Shown in pieces: positions 1-11,023 of a stretch of DNA of 64,000 bases. A program made the position numbers and the translations under genes. Each line of letters starts with the position of its first letter. The stretch's first letter is position 1. This DNA comes from Promethearchaeota archaeon (GTDB lineage Archaea; Asgardarchaeota; Lokiarchaeia; Sigyniarchaeales; SOKP01): assembly GCA_019058365.1 (NCBI GenBank), contig JAHPZE010000001.1, positions 64,001 through 128,000 of the forward strand, given 5' to 3'. The notes below the pieces were generated by a model. It was not told the origin of the DNA and ran no database searches. It saw only the letters and a list, made by a program, of their open reading frames with translations.

Positions 1-86
1 TTTTTGTTCGGAAATTTAAACCAATATATTTTAAAATTCCTGTCTGCGATAATTGTAAAAAGGAATTAGCCAAATACGAAAGAATC

Positions 87-497
87 TTGAGGTATTTAAA
101 ATTAAAAAATAGTTTTTTTTGTATGTTTTGTATTTCAATCTTTTTTATATATATATGGATTAATTATGATTCTAACATAAGTCCAGCACTAATTATTTTT
201 GCAATTCTTATATCAATTGTTTCTGGATCGTTAACATTAATGCTTTTAATATTACATTTAATATTTTATTTGAAAAAATATGATAGAATCAGTAATTATA
301 TTGAAGTCAATACGGATGGATCAGTTTTAATTAAAGATCCAGAATATAGAAAAGAGTTTGAAGAATTATCATTACTTAATGAAGATGATAAGGAAGATGA
401 ATTATATAATTGCCCCAATTGCAATACACTAATTCTAATAGATATGGAATTTTGTCCAGTCTGTGGGAAAGATTTGACGAAAATTCCTAAAATTTAA
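87..497 (+). CDS. Membrane protein with C-terminal zinc ribbon
   Basis: Two hydrophobic N-terminal segments; C-terminal CPNC...CPVCG. Confidence 0.7.
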   Translation: MRYLKLKNSFFCMFCISIFFIYIWINYDSNISPALIIFAILISIVSGSLTLMLLILHLIFYLKKYDRISNYIEVNTDGSVLIKDPEYRKEFEELSLLNEDDKEDELYNCPNCNTLILIDMEFCPVCGKDLTKIPKI

Positions 498-654
498 TCC
501 TCTATTAATTTTTTATAATGTACTAATCACATTGCTTTCATATGGTTTTTTAAGATTCTTTATGCAAACTTAATAGTATATAATCTAAATATTCATAATC
601 TGAGGTAGATATTTGCAAGTAGTAAATAGACCAATCCAATTTGTTTCATTATCA

Positions 655-1074
655 TTAAGTTTTCAGAAATCTGCGTTTTAAATCATCTGAAATAATTACT
701 TTTTTCTTTTTTTCATAATCATACCAAATAATATGCGCTTCACCTTCAGCAGCTATTCGATTCAACTTTTTACTATATAACTCATGCTTTATAATTATTT
801 TAGATCCATCTATTCGTATAACTTTTGCTCCAACAAAAACAGTATCTGGATAGACCAGAGGTTTTTTATAATAACAACATTGAAAAGATAAAATTGGTCC
901 TGTACGTACAGTTATAGGTTCTTCATAAATATCTAAAAATTGAAATAATGCTATTCGTGAACTTTCAAAATAACGATAATATATTGTATTATTTACATGC
1001 CCTCAAGCATCCATATCTCCCCATCGAACGGGTATCTCTTTTATCACAATATAATCTTTTAAAAATTCACTCAT
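655..1074 (-). pseudogene. 4HBT/YbgC-family acyl-CoA thioesterase interrupted by one in-frame TGA (codon 24, 1003-1005)
   Basis: Manual translation: MSEFLKDYIVIKEIPVRWGDMDA*GHVNNTIYYRYFESSR...YKKPLVYPDTVFVGAKV...AAEGEAHIIWYDYEKKKK...KT-stop; hotdog-fold DxxGHVNN motif; rest of the frame is open. Confidence 0.85.
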
Positions 1075-1279
1075 CTTGTCTACTCTTATTCCCTTATAAA
1101 AGTATCAATTGATTTTATAATTTATTAGTTAAAATTCCTTATAATTTTAATTTATTAAACTCTTTTAGTTTCTATTTAATACTTCATAACACGAATATTG
1201 ATAACTCTAAGAATCAATTTTAAATTGATAGTATATTTTTGAATCCAAAATTTAGAAGTTTAAACAAATTGAAATAATT

Positions 1280-1765
1280 ATGACAGAACAATTAATAGAG
1301 TTAAAAGTTGGAGCAGATGCTCCTAATTTTTGTCTTCCAGATAAAGATAATAATGAAGTCTGTTTGGATGATTTTAAAGGAAAATTTATTGTACTCTACT
1401 TTTATCCAAAAGATAATACACCTGGTTGTACTACTGAAGCGATTGGATTTACGGGAATTTTACCAAAACTAGAAAAATTAGATACTGTTGTGATTGGCGT
1501 TAGTCCTGATAGTCCTGAATCTCATGCTAAGTTCATTGAAAAGAAAGATTTGAAGGTTACATTACTTAGTGATAAGGATATAAAAGTCATTAAAAAATAT
1601 GGTAAATGGGCTAAGAAGAAATTTCAAGGAAAGGAATATATGGGTGTTGTTCGAAGTACATTTTTAATCGATCCTAATGGAAAGATAGCACATATATGGT
1701 CCAAAGTTTCTGTTAATGGACATTCTGAAGAAGTCCAAAAGGTTTTAACTGAATTAAGGAAATAA
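1280..1765 (+). CDS. bcp: Thioredoxin-dependent peroxiredoxin Bcp/PrxQ
   Basis: VLYFYPKDNTPGCTTEA, GVSPD, RSTFLID motifs. Confidence 0.95.
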   Translation: MTEQLIELKVGADAPNFCLPDKDNNEVCLDDFKGKFIVLYFYPKDNTPGCTTEAIGFTGILPKLEKLDTVVIGVSPDSPESHAKFIEKKDLKVTLLSDKDIKVIKKYGKWAKKKFQGKEYMGVVRSTFLIDPNGKIAHIWSKVSVNGHSEEVQKVLTELRK

Positions 1766-1811
1766 ATTTTATTTATTTTATATATACCAATTAAACTATA
1801 CATAACTTATC

Positions 1812-2396
1812 ATGGATGTTAAAGAAGCAATTAAAAATAGAAGAGCTTATCGATCACTTGATCCAGTTAATATCAAAGATGATTTAATTAAAGATTTTGT
1901 TGAAATGGTTAAAATAACACCTTCATGTGCAAATCGACAGCCTTGGAATTTTATTTTTGTAAAGGATAAAGACAAATTGGCAGAGTTATTCACTACTTTA
2001 TCAGATGGGAATAAATGGGTAGAGAAGGCTTCAATGATTATTGCTGTTTTTAGTAGACCTGAAAATGATTGCATCATCAAAGAACGTCTTTATTATTTAT
2101 TTGACACAGGAATGGCAACTGCTTTTTTGATTTTACGAGCTACTGAGTTAGGTCTAATTGCTCATCCTATAGCAGGATTCAGAGAAGATGAAGCAAAAGC
2201 CATCCTAAAGATCCCTGAAGAATTTAGGCTTATTACACTAGTAATTATTGGAAAACATTCCGAAACCATTAATCCAGTTCTCTCTGAATCAATGAAATTA
2301 GGAGAAAAACAACGACCACCCCGCAAAAAATCAGAAGATTTTATATTTTTAAATAGTTATAAAAATAAATTTCTTGAAATTGAAGGGGAAGCATGA
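1812..2396 (+). CDS. Nitroreductase family protein
   Basis: AIKNRRAYR, PSCANRQPW, DTGMATAFLILRATELGL. Confidence 0.9.
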   Translation: MDVKEAIKNRRAYRSLDPVNIKDDLIKDFVEMVKITPSCANRQPWNFIFVKDKDKLAELFTTLSDGNKWVEKASMIIAVFSRPENDCIIKERLYYLFDTGMATAFLILRATELGLIAHPIAGFREDEAKAILKIPEEFRLITLVIIGKHSETINPVLSESMKLGEKQRPPRKKSEDFIFLNSYKNKFLEIEGEA

Positions 2397-4481
2397 ATGA
2401 GTAGTGAACTAATAAGAAGTTATAAAAATCATCTTTCAAATGAGAAGAGTCCTTATTTACTTCAACATGCCAAGAATCCAGTAGATTGGTTTCCTTGGGG
2501 AGAAGAAGCTTTTAATAAAGCAAAACTAGAAGATAAGCCAATTTTTCTGTCGATAGGATATTCTACTTGCCACTGGTGTCATATTTTCGCTCACGAATCA
2601 TTTGAGGATATAGAAGTAGCTAAATTGATGAATGAGATATTTGTATCAGTTAAAGTGGATAGAGAAGAACGTCCCGATATAGATAAAATCTATATGACTG
2701 TTTGTCAAATGATGACCGGCTCAGGAGGTTGGCCATTAACTATTATCATGACCCCCGATAAAAAGCCTTTTTTTGCAGGAACTTATTTCCCTAAAAAGAC
2801 TCGGTTTGGGCGAATAGGATTAATAGATTTAATAAAACGTATAAAAGATCTTTGGACTAATCAAAGAATTGAGTTATTAAATTCTGCTGATCAGATTACT
2901 TTTAACCTTCAAAATATAGATCAAGAATCTCCTGGTGAGAAATTTTCAGAACACTCACTTAAAAAGGCGTATCGGCAATTATCAATACAATTTGATTCTG
3001 TGAATGGTGGATTTGGAGATCGTCCTAAATTTCCCACACCGCATAATCTTATCTTTTTATTAAGGTACTGGAAACGAACTGGTAATGAAAAAGCATTGGA
3101 GATGGTTGAAACTACACTTCAAGCTATGAGAAAAGGTGGAATTTATGACCATATTGGGTTTGGGTTTCATCGATATTCGACTGATTCAACCTGGCTTGTT
3201 CCTCATTTTGAGAAAATGTTATATGACCAAGCATTAATAGCAATTGCTTATATTGAAGCTTATCAAGCTACTAAAAAGGATTTTTACAAAAAAACAGCTC
3301 AAGAAATATTTTCCTATGTTCTAAGAGATATGACTTCGCCAGAAGGGGGGTTTTATTCAGCTGAAGATGCAGATAGTGAAGGAGAAGAGGGAAAATTTTA
3401 TGTATGGTCAAAAGAAGAAATGGAAAAAACTCTTAAAAAGGATGAATTGGATTTAGCAATTAAAATTTTTAATGTCGAGGAAACTGGTAATTATCTTGAA
3501 GAAGCATCTATGAAAAAGATAGGCAAGAATATTTTGCATTTAAGAACACTTCCAGATATAGAATCACCTGAAGAAATTGAAAAAATACGTTTAAGCTTGT
3601 TTGAAACAAGAGAAAAAAGAATACATCCTCATAAAGATGACAAAATACTAGCTGATTGGAATGGATTATTAATAGCTGCTCTGGCTAAAGCTGCTATAGT
3701 CTTCCATGAAAAAAAGTATTTAGGGGCTGCAAAGAACGCAGTTGATTTTATACTCTCAAACCTTCGAGAATCTAATAATAAATTACTTCATCGATATAAA
3801 GATGGAGCTTCAGAAATTCAAGGATATTTAACAGATTATGCTTTTTTCATATGGGGACTCATAGAATTGTACGAAGCTACTTTTAATATTTTTTATTTAG
3901 AAACGGCTCTTGAATTGCATAAGATTCAAATAGAAGATTTTTGGGATGAAAATATTGGTGGTTTTTATCTTACTTCTAAAAATAGCGAGCCATTATTAAC
4001 TAGACAAAAAGAAATTTATGATGGAGCTATTCCTTCGGGGAATTCAATTGCAATGTTAAACTTACTTAGATTAAGTTATATTACGGGGAATTATGAATTA
4101 GAAAAAAAAGCAGATGTACTCAATAGAGTTTTCTCTAATAAAATTAAAGCGAGTCCTCTGGCATACACTCAATTTTTGATTGCTATAGATTTCGCTATTG
4201 GTCCAACTTATTCATTAGTCATAGTTGGTGATTCGGATTCAAAAGATACTATCGAACTAATAAAACAAATTCAACAAAAATACATTTTAAATAAAGTGAT
4301 AATTCATAGAAATACCGAACGTGAATTTCCAGAAATAGATAAATTATCAAACTTTATCCAATTTTTCATTAAGGTAGACAATAAAGCAACTGCTTATGTT
4401 TGCATTAACAAAACTTGTAAGCCTCCTACATCAGATTTACAAAAATTATTTGAGTATCTAAATGCAACATGGAAATTTTAG
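2397..4481 (+). CDS. YyaL/SPATA20-like thioredoxin-domain protein (DUF255 plus alpha/alpha barrel)
   Basis: [42 protein letters not shown]. Confidence 0.95.
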   Translation: MSSELIRSYKNHLSNEKSPYLLQHAKNPVDWFPWGEEAFNKAKLEDKPIFLSIGYSTCHWCHIFAHESFEDIEVAKLMNEIFVSVKVDREERPDIDKIYMTVCQMMTGSGGWPLTIIMTPDKKPFFAGTYFPKKTRFGRIGLIDLIKRIKDLWTNQRIELLNSADQITFNLQNIDQESPGEKFSEHSLKKAYRQLSIQFDSVNGGFGDRPKFPTPHNLIFLLRYWKRTGNEKALEMVETTLQAMRKGGIYDHIGFGFHRYSTDSTWLVPHFEKMLYDQALIAIAYIEAYQATKKDFYKKTAQEIFSYVLRDMTSPEGGFYSAEDADSEGEEGKFYVWSKEEMEKTLKKDELDLAIKIFNVEETGNYLEEASMKKIGKNILHLRTLPDIESPEEIEKIRLSLFETREKRIHPHKDDKILADWNGLLIAALAKAAIVFHEKKYLGAAKNAVDFILSNLRESNNKLLHRYKDGASEIQGYLTDYAFFIWGLIELYEATFNIFYLETALELHKIQIEDFWDENIGGFYLTSKNSEPLLTRQKEIYDGAIPSGNSIAMLNLLRLSYITGNYELEKKADVLNRVFSNKIKASPLAYTQFLIAIDFAIGPTYSLVIVGDSDSKDTIELIKQIQQKYILNKVIIHRNTEREFPEIDKLSNFIQFFIKVDNKATAYVCINKTCKPPTSDLQKLFEYLNATWKF

Positions 4482-4577
4482 AAAAAATTAGTAAAATATT
4501 CTTTTTTTAAAAAAATAATTTATTTAAGAGATATGCGAAGAGTATTGATTTTTTAATTGTTTAAATTAGTAATCTCA

Positions 4578-4688
4578 TTAATCATCTTCAAAATCTTCTT
4601 CGTAATCGCCATCGTTATCCCAGTCTTCGTCATCATCCTCATCCTCATCATCGTCATCCCAATCTTCTTCATCTTTCTTTTTTGCCAT
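4578..4688 (-). CDS. 36-aa hyper-acidic microprotein MAKKKDEEDWDDDDEDEDDDEDWDNDGDYEEDFEDD
   Basis: ATG at 4688-4686 preceded by AGGAGG Shine-Dalgarno; TAA at 4580-4578; GAN-rich codons with varied third positions, standing out from AT-rich flanks. Confidence 0.7.
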   Translation of the reverse strand: MAKKKDEEDWDDDDEDEDDDEDWDNDGDYEEDFEDD

Positions 4689-5268
4689 TTGAATATCCTC
4701 CTATTATGTTATTTTTTCTACCATTTTATAATTACTTTAAGTAGAAATAATTTTAATAGTATATCAATTAAATGAATTATAATGATGTTTATTTAAATGT
4801 TTCTATTAGAAATCGTTATTATCAATTTTTAAAAGTAGTTAATATTAATTAAACGATAGAAAATAATAATGGTATTAGCTGTAGAAATATTATTGCTAGA
4901 ACCATTAAAAAATCAAAAATTTAAATCTCACAATATCAAATCTTAAGTGTAGATTAATATTTTAAACAAATTGGGAACGCATTTTAAGATATTTTTTTTC
5001 TTTCATAAATGGATTGTAAAGATTAGAGGATAAAAATACGAGAAAAATATAAAAAGCTACTAAATTATTAATTGAAAATTTAAAAAAATTGTTTAATTTA
5101 AGAAATAGAACGAAAAAATATTCGAATCTTTTCCATTATATTTCTATTTTTATTCCTATCATAGCTTTTTGAAAGCCACTTATCTATTATTGAATCAAAT
5201 ATTCAATATTTGTTGAAATACAAAAAATAAGGTGTATTTTTTAGAAAAAAAGAATCTATTATTAAGTA

Positions 5269-7266
5269 TTACAATCTGTCTGTGATTATTGAATAAATTT
5301 GTTCAGCAGTAAATCCTTTTATATCAATTGCAGAACATCTACAATTACCTGAACAAGCACCACACCCTTTACAGAGAGCTTCATTAATTTTAGCTACAGT
5401 ACCGAACCTTCGGTCATCAACAAGTTCAATCGCCCCGTAAGCACAATTTTCGACACACATACCACATCCAATGCATCTTTCAGGTCGAACAACACCAAAA
5501 AAAGGTTCTACTTCAACTTCTCCCTTAGCCATTAAGACAGCAGCACTTGAAGCTGCTCCTTTAGCTTGAGCTACAGCATCAGGTATATCCTTTGGTCCTT
5601 GAGCAACTCCAGCAATAAAAATCCCATCTGTTAAAGTGTCAACAGGCCTTAATTTTGGATGGGCTTCTAAAAAGAATCCATCAGCAGATCTTTGAATTCT
5701 TAACAGAGAAGTTATTATATCTGCATCCGCGCGCGGTTCTAATCCACAAGATAATATGAATAAGTCAACTTTTAATTCAATTGGTTGCTGAAGTAAGGTA
5801 TCTTCAGATCGAATAATGATATTATGATCTTCATCTTCGGTAACTTCTGCGATTCTGCCCCTCATATAACTAATTCCATAATTTCGACCAGCAGATTCGT
5901 AAAATTCCTCATATCCTTTTCCAAAAGCTCGAATATCCATATAGAAAATATATACATCAGCATCAGGATGTTTTTCTTTATATTGTCTTGCTTGTTTTGT
6001 AGCATACATACAGCAAACTCTAGAGCAATATTGATTACCTCCTTCTCTAAAATTCCTACTTCCGACACATTGCAAGAAAGCGATGCTGTGTGGTTCTTTT
6101 AAATCAGAAGGTCTCACTGGTTTTCCTGTAACTGGTCCGAAAGAACTTAATAAACGTTCCATTTGAAGTCCCGTAATAACATTTGGATATATTCCATATC
6201 CATATTGCTTTAACTCTGTTGGGTCATATAAGTCCCATCCAGTTGTTACTATAATTGTTCCTACTTTGACTTTCAGATATTCTGGTTTGTCATCATAAAT
6301 AATTGCTTCTGGTTCACATACATCAATTCTTGCACAAATTCCACATTTAATACAGTTATCCATATCTATTGTATATTGTCCAGGAATAGCTTGGGGAAAT
6401 GGAATATATATTGCTTTTCGTGTAGCTAATCCTAATTCGAATTCATTACCTACAGTCACAGGGCAATAATCAACACACACTCCACATCCAGTACATTTTT
6501 CTTGATCTACATAATGAGGTTTTTTTAATATTGTGACTTCAAAATTCCCTATATACCCAGACACTTCTGTTACTTCAGAATATGTTAAGAGTTCTATGTT
6601 TTTTTCTCGTGATATTTCAGACATTTTTGGAGTAAGGATACAACTTGAACAATCCATGGTTGGAAATGTTTTATCCAGTTGAGCCATATGACCTCCAATT
6701 GTAGGGGTTTTTTCCACTAAATATATTTTGTATCCCTCTGCAGCAAGATCTAAAGCCGCATTCATACCTGCAATTCCTGCTCCAATTATCAAACAAGATG
6801 GTTCTACTTTTACTTTCTGTACTTCAAGAGGGACTAATTCTCTTGATTTTGCTACTGCCATCCTAATATGATCTTTAGCAGTTTCATATGCCCCTTCTGG
6901 ATCTTTCATATGAACCCATGTTGAGTGTTCTCTAATGTTTGCCATCTCAAACAGAAATGGATTTAATCCTGCTTCTTTACAAGCAATTCTAAAAGTAGGT
7001 TCATGCATTCTCGGAGAACATGCTGCAACTATTACTCTATTTACTAATCCCGCTTCAATATCTTCTTTAATCATTTTTTGACCTACATCAGAACAAAAGA
7101 ATTTATATTCCCGCGCAATTTCTACATTTGGAAGATTTTTGGCATATTCTACTAGATCTGGGACCGAAACTATTCCACCAATGTTTATTCCGCAATGGCA
7201 AACATAAACACCAATCCTAGGTCTTTCATTGCCAGTAATCTCAATTTCTTTTTTCGTTTCTGTCAT
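5269..7266 (-). CDS. hdrA: Heterodisulfide reductase subunit A (Cys form)
   Basis: VYVCHCG, ACSPRMHE, GAGIAG, DKTFPTMDCSSC, QCVGSR, YCSRVCC, ferredoxin motifs. Confidence 0.95.
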   Translation of the reverse strand: MTETKKEIEITGNERPRIGVYVCHCGINIGGIVSVPDLVEYAKNLPNVEIAREYKFFCSDVGQKMIKEDIEAGLVNRVIVAACSPRMHEPTFRIACKEAGLNPFLFEMANIREHSTWVHMKDPEGAYETAKDHIRMAVAKSRELVPLEVQKVKVEPSCLIIGAGIAGMNAALDLAAEGYKIYLVEKTPTIGGHMAQLDKTFPTMDCSSCILTPKMSEISREKNIELLTYSEVTEVSGYIGNFEVTILKKPHYVDQEKCTGCGVCVDYCPVTVGNEFELGLATRKAIYIPFPQAIPGQYTIDMDNCIKCGICARIDVCEPEAIIYDDKPEYLKVKVGTIIVTTGWDLYDPTELKQYGYGIYPNVITGLQMERLLSSFGPVTGKPVRPSDLKEPHSIAFLQCVGSRNFREGGNQYCSRVCCMYATKQARQYKEKHPDADVYIFYMDIRAFGKGYEEFYESAGRNYGISYMRGRIAEVTEDEDHNIIIRSEDTLLQQPIELKVDLFILSCGLEPRADADIITSLLRIQRSADGFFLEAHPKLRPVDTLTDGIFIAGVAQGPKDIPDAVAQAKGAASSAAVLMAKGEVEVEPFFGVVRPERCIGCGMCVENCAYGAIELVDDRRFGTVAKINEALCKGCGACSGNCRCSAIDIKGFTAEQIYSIITDRL

Positions 7267-7276
7267 TTTTTTACTC

Positions 7277-8227
7277 CTAAATCAATTGTTCTTTAACTAT
7301 TTTTAGAAATGAGTCATAAGGTATAGATGGAGTAACTCCTTGCAATTCATGATTTTTAACTAAACCTAATAAGTTAGGATCCATTCCAAATGCAACTCCT
7401 AAGAGTTGAGTAATATATATTACAGGTATATGAAATGGTTCTCCGATTATGTCAGCATAGAAGTTATTTACCTCAATTTGACCAATATCTAGTTGGAGTT
7501 CACAGAATGGGCAGCAATTAATAATGATATCTACCCCAGCATCTCTCATATTTACTAATTTCTCTCGGGTAAAATCTGCAGCAACTTCTCTAACAGCAGT
7601 TCTAACAGCTCCACCAGCACCACAGCACATATATTTATCTTTATAGTTTATACTTTTAGCTCCAGTCAATTCAACAATTTCATCAAGAAATTTTGGAGCT
7701 TCATATTCACCATTCCAAGGTCTTTTATCACTTGGTTTTACAATATGGCACCCGTAATGTACAGCTACTTTTAAATCTGAAAATGTAAGTTTAATATAAT
7801 CTTTTAAATAATCTAATCCCATATCAAGATATAATGCTTGAACAACATGTTTTGGTTCGAGATTACCTTTATATGTACGCCCAATTTTGGCTAAATATTC
7901 ATTTACTTCTTTCTTTAATTCGTATTCATGTTCAAGTTCATACCAAGCATCTCTTAGAGTCCCGTAGCAGCCATTACATCCTGTAAGTGGACTTACTCCT
8001 AGTTCTTCCGCAATAGAAATATTTCTTGCCGCAATAACTAACCAAGTTGGAATATGAAATGCTCTAAAAACACCAGGAGCCGGACAACATGACGCACCGG
8101 GCAAATCTAAAAGTTCAGCATCAAGATGGTCGAAAACGCTTCTAATTGAGGCTTCAATCATAGGATAACGATTAGGAATTACGCAACCTAAAAAGAACCC
8201 ATATCTCCATTTATAGTCTTTACTCAT
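7277..8227 (-). CDS. hdrB: Heterodisulfide reductase subunit B
   Basis: FLGC, SCCPAPG, CNGC, HYGCH, CCGAGG, CPFC (CCG domains). Confidence 0.95.
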   Translation of the reverse strand: MSKDYKWRYGFFLGCVIPNRYPMIEASIRSVFDHLDAELLDLPGASCCPAPGVFRAFHIPTWLVIAARNISIAEELGVSPLTGCNGCYGTLRDAWYELEHEYELKKEVNEYLAKIGRTYKGNLEPKHVVQALYLDMGLDYLKDYIKLTFSDLKVAVHYGCHIVKPSDKRPWNGEYEAPKFLDEIVELTGAKSINYKDKYMCCGAGGAVRTAVREVAADFTREKLVNMRDAGVDIIINCCPFCELQLDIGQIEVNNFYADIIGEPFHIPVIYITQLLGVAFGMDPNLLGLVKNHELQGVTPSIPYDSFLKIVKEQLI

Positions 8228-8239
8228 ATTTATTCATCC

Positions 8240-8833
8240 TTATTTTTTTTCTTCTGCTTTTGCTCTCTCTTTTTTCAATTTTGCAGCATTATCCAATAAT
8301 TTTTTAAATCCAACAGCATTCATTAATTCTTGACATTCCTTCAAAGCTTCAGGATAAGAATGAACTGTTGGTGGTAATGGTGGTAATCCATACGATTCTC
8401 TTAAGTCTCTCCATCTTTTATTTGCTTCTCCATTTGCGGGTACACCATGGCCAGTAGCATAGAATATATCATTAGCTAACCCAAAATGTGAATCCAATAT
8501 AAATCCTTCTTCCACAGCGATATTTCTAAGCTTTATAATCAAATCGGTTACTGGAATATTACGAGGGCATCTTTCATAACAATAATAACAAGTTGAACAC
8601 ATCCAAATATCAATGTCTTGTAAAACAGATTCGTCACCTGTTAATGCACGACGGAGAGCAGAACGAGTCCTATATGCTGTTCGACGTCCACTTGGGCAAC
8701 TTCCGGTACAAGTTCCGCAATTGATACATGCTCTTATTTTTTCTAATCCCGCGTCAACAAACTTTTGTGCAATTCTAGAGTTTGTAGACTTATAGACCTT
8801 TCTTTTTATATACTTTTCTACATTTTCGCTCAT
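8240..8833 (-). CDS. hdrC: Heterodisulfide reductase subunit C (probable start 8833, MSENVEK; ORF track extends to 8923)
   Basis: CINCGTCTGSCP and WMCSTCYYCYERCP; position directly upstream of hdrB and hdrA. Confidence 0.93.
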   Translation of the reverse strand: MSENVEKYIKRKVYKSTNSRIAQKFVDAGLEKIRACINCGTCTGSCPSGRRTAYRTRSALRRALTGDESVLQDIDIWMCSTCYYCYERCPRNIPVTDLIIKLRNIAVEEGFILDSHFGLANDIFYATGHGVPANGEANKRWRDLRESYGLPPLPPTVHSYPEALKECQELMNAVGFKKLLDNAAKLKKERAKAEEKK

Positions 8834-9118
8834 TAATCTATCAAATCCCCTATGTTGTGTAAAAATTGATTTGCGATTTTGTAAAAAAACAAGGTATTTA
8901 CAATTAAGTGTTTGATCAAACAAATTGATTGATAATCTTAAGAAGGTAAAAGTATTTTTATTAAAAAAATTTGTTATCGATAATTCATAACAAAATTCAA
9001 AATAACAATTATTTCTTATATTTTACATTTTTATAAGGAGTTAAAAAAAGGAAATTTCCAATAAAGAATTGGGAATAATTAGACTAATTTTTTGAGATAA
9101 TTACTAGTTATACTTTTT

Positions 9119-9355
9119 CTAATCTTTATTGTAAGTATTACTACTCAATTCATCTAAATATTCAATTTGTTTTTCTCTAGATAAAAATGCTATTTCTTTT
9201 TTTATTTTCTTTTTCTTTTCCTTGTCTAAATTTAATTGTTTTAATTTTTCTCGTATATCTTTTGATAAAACAGTGTAAATTCTCATAAAATACTTTTTTA
9301 TTTCTGGAACATCTTCTAAATCTTTTTCTTCTTGATCTCTGTTTATGCTCAACAC
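9119..9355 (-). CDS. Small hypothetical protein, possibly the C-terminal remnant of a longer decayed gene
   Basis: 78-aa helical charged ORF; in-frame TAG immediately upstream of the GTG start, with coding-like sequence before it. Confidence 0.4.
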   Translation of the reverse strand: MLSINRDQEEKDLEDVPEIKKYFMRIYTVLSKDIREKLKQLNLDKEKKKKIKKEIAFLSREKQIEYLDELSSNTYNKD

Positions 9356-9887
9356 CTATTTAGACTCATTTTCAATAACGTCATAATCATCTGCTTTTTT
9401 AATTTTATTTTTTTCTAAATAAAGTATAATTTAAATTTATAATAAAAAATTTGGAGTCCAATTCTTCTATAAATTAGTACCTAATTCATAAATTATGTGC
9501 AATTCCATAATAGATTAAAAGCCCAAAAGGGATGATAACTAAAGAGAGAAATGTTCATATTAATTTAAAAATCGGATCTTGCCATGTATTATATAATATA
9601 GCTCCATAAGAAGTAAAGAACATTCCATAACTTTGGACTTGTCATCGTTTTTGTTCAATTTCGATTGCATCGCATAATAAAAACATAACTAATTTATCTT
9701 GATTATTTATGACAGGATTTTGTTTATAAAAAACACAAATTTACCTATAAAAGTTCCATCTGAATTTTAAAAGAATTATTTAGTGACGCAATAATAACCA
9801 AATCTTAGTAAAAGAGGTTTTATTTATATCTTAGTTTATATTAACATTTTCGTAATAGTTATATAAACAAAAAAATTTGAAATTATG

Positions 9888-10916
9888 CTATAAAAGAAAT
9901 TTTTTCAAAATCTTATCATTTTCTATTTCAATGGTCATTTCTTTTGTTAAATTGTTATAATCAGTTCCATAGATAACTTGACCTTTTAATTGATTAAAAT
10001 CAGAATACCGTAAAGTCAAGGATGCAGCAAATTTTAATGAATTTTTATTATAATCTTCTTGTACAAGTGTAATTGGTCCGGGAACTCCTTTAGCTTCAAA
10101 TATTAAATCACTTGGTTTTTTGAGAGTTAGTAGTTTATTATTTTCGAATTCATTTCTTCCTACTATAATTTTTGTATTTTTATATCGGAAATGACGTCCT
10201 ACTTTTAAAAAATTTATATCTTCAATTTTTGGCTTTTTATGAAATTTGAGATAATCATTCATACGATTTGTAAAATTCTCATCTGTTAGGAGGCATCCTC
10301 CACAAGCATAATAATTATCTAATAATCCATGGGTTCTTGCAATCTCCATTTGGATTTTTCTACCCCTTCCTTTTATTCCTAGTAATAGTTTTCGATCAAT
10401 TAATCCTTGCTCTTCATAAATAGTGGGTTTTAGCTGGAGAGCAGATAAGGGTCTTAAAAGTCTACCTTCCAGACCTGCTTCTTTCTCAACAATCCTTAAC
10501 GCTCTCAAATGTTGGGATTTTGGTCTCTGATTTAGAACTTCTCCAGTGAATATCAAATTGGCTTTTATTCTTTTCATGAATTCTTTTGCTTTCTTTAAAA
10601 TGTAAATTCTACAATCTATACAAGGATTTAAGTGTTTACCATACCCAAATTTAGGATTTCGAATCAATTCTAAAAAATCTTCTCCTAATGGCAAATAATA
10701 TATTTTAATTCCCAGTTTTTCTTTAAATAAATCTAAATTGCATTCTACATTTGTAGATTCTCTATTATATTGACAAAAGGGTGAGATAAAGTTTAAACCA
10801 ATAACATTAATTCCTTGTAATTGCATTATATGACAAGCTATTAAACTATCTAAACCCCCCGATACTAATCCAAGCCCAGTTAATGTCTTACCGATATTGT
10901 ATTTTTCATTGATCAT
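9888..10916 (-). CDS. ThiI/MnmA-like PP-loop tRNA sulfurtransferase (with DUF814-like C-terminus)
   Basis: SGGLDS PP-loop, NPCIDCR, TGEVLNQRPKSQ, GGCLLTD, GRHFR. Confidence 0.85.
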   Translation of the reverse strand: MINEKYNIGKTLTGLGLVSGGLDSLIACHIMQLQGINVIGLNFISPFCQYNRESTNVECNLDLFKEKLGIKIYYLPLGEDFLELIRNPKFGYGKHLNPCIDCRIYILKKAKEFMKRIKANLIFTGEVLNQRPKSQHLRALRIVEKEAGLEGRLLRPLSALQLKPTIYEEQGLIDRKLLLGIKGRGRKIQMEIARTHGLLDNYYACGGCLLTDENFTNRMNDYLKFHKKPKIEDINFLKVGRHFRYKNTKIIVGRNEFENNKLLTLKKPSDLIFEAKGVPGPITLVQEDYNKNSLKFAASLTLRYSDFNQLKGQVIYGTDYNNLTKEMTIEIENDKILKKFLL

Positions 10917-11023
10917 ATGATCACTTGAGAAGGAATTAAATTAAGAATAAGTTAAAATTCAAAAACATAAATGTTTTTCCTTAATATTGTATAATCTACT
11001 AAATTGAAGTAATATTTTTGATG

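Noticed and set aside
4557-4775. 72-aa hydrophobic + strand ORF
   Set aside because: Antisense shadow of the acidic microprotein: GAN codons read as Ile/Val/Phe/Leu on the other strand. It has a TTG start and no RBS.
5269-7266. HdrA (and Bcp at 1280-1765) as selenoproteins
   Set aside because: Both have uninterrupted frames with Cys at the relevant motifs (DCSSC; PGCT).
9356-9880. Possible decayed membrane/longin-like gene upstream of the 78-aa ORF
   Set aside because: Only short coding-like fragments in different frames; cannot be supported without a homology search.
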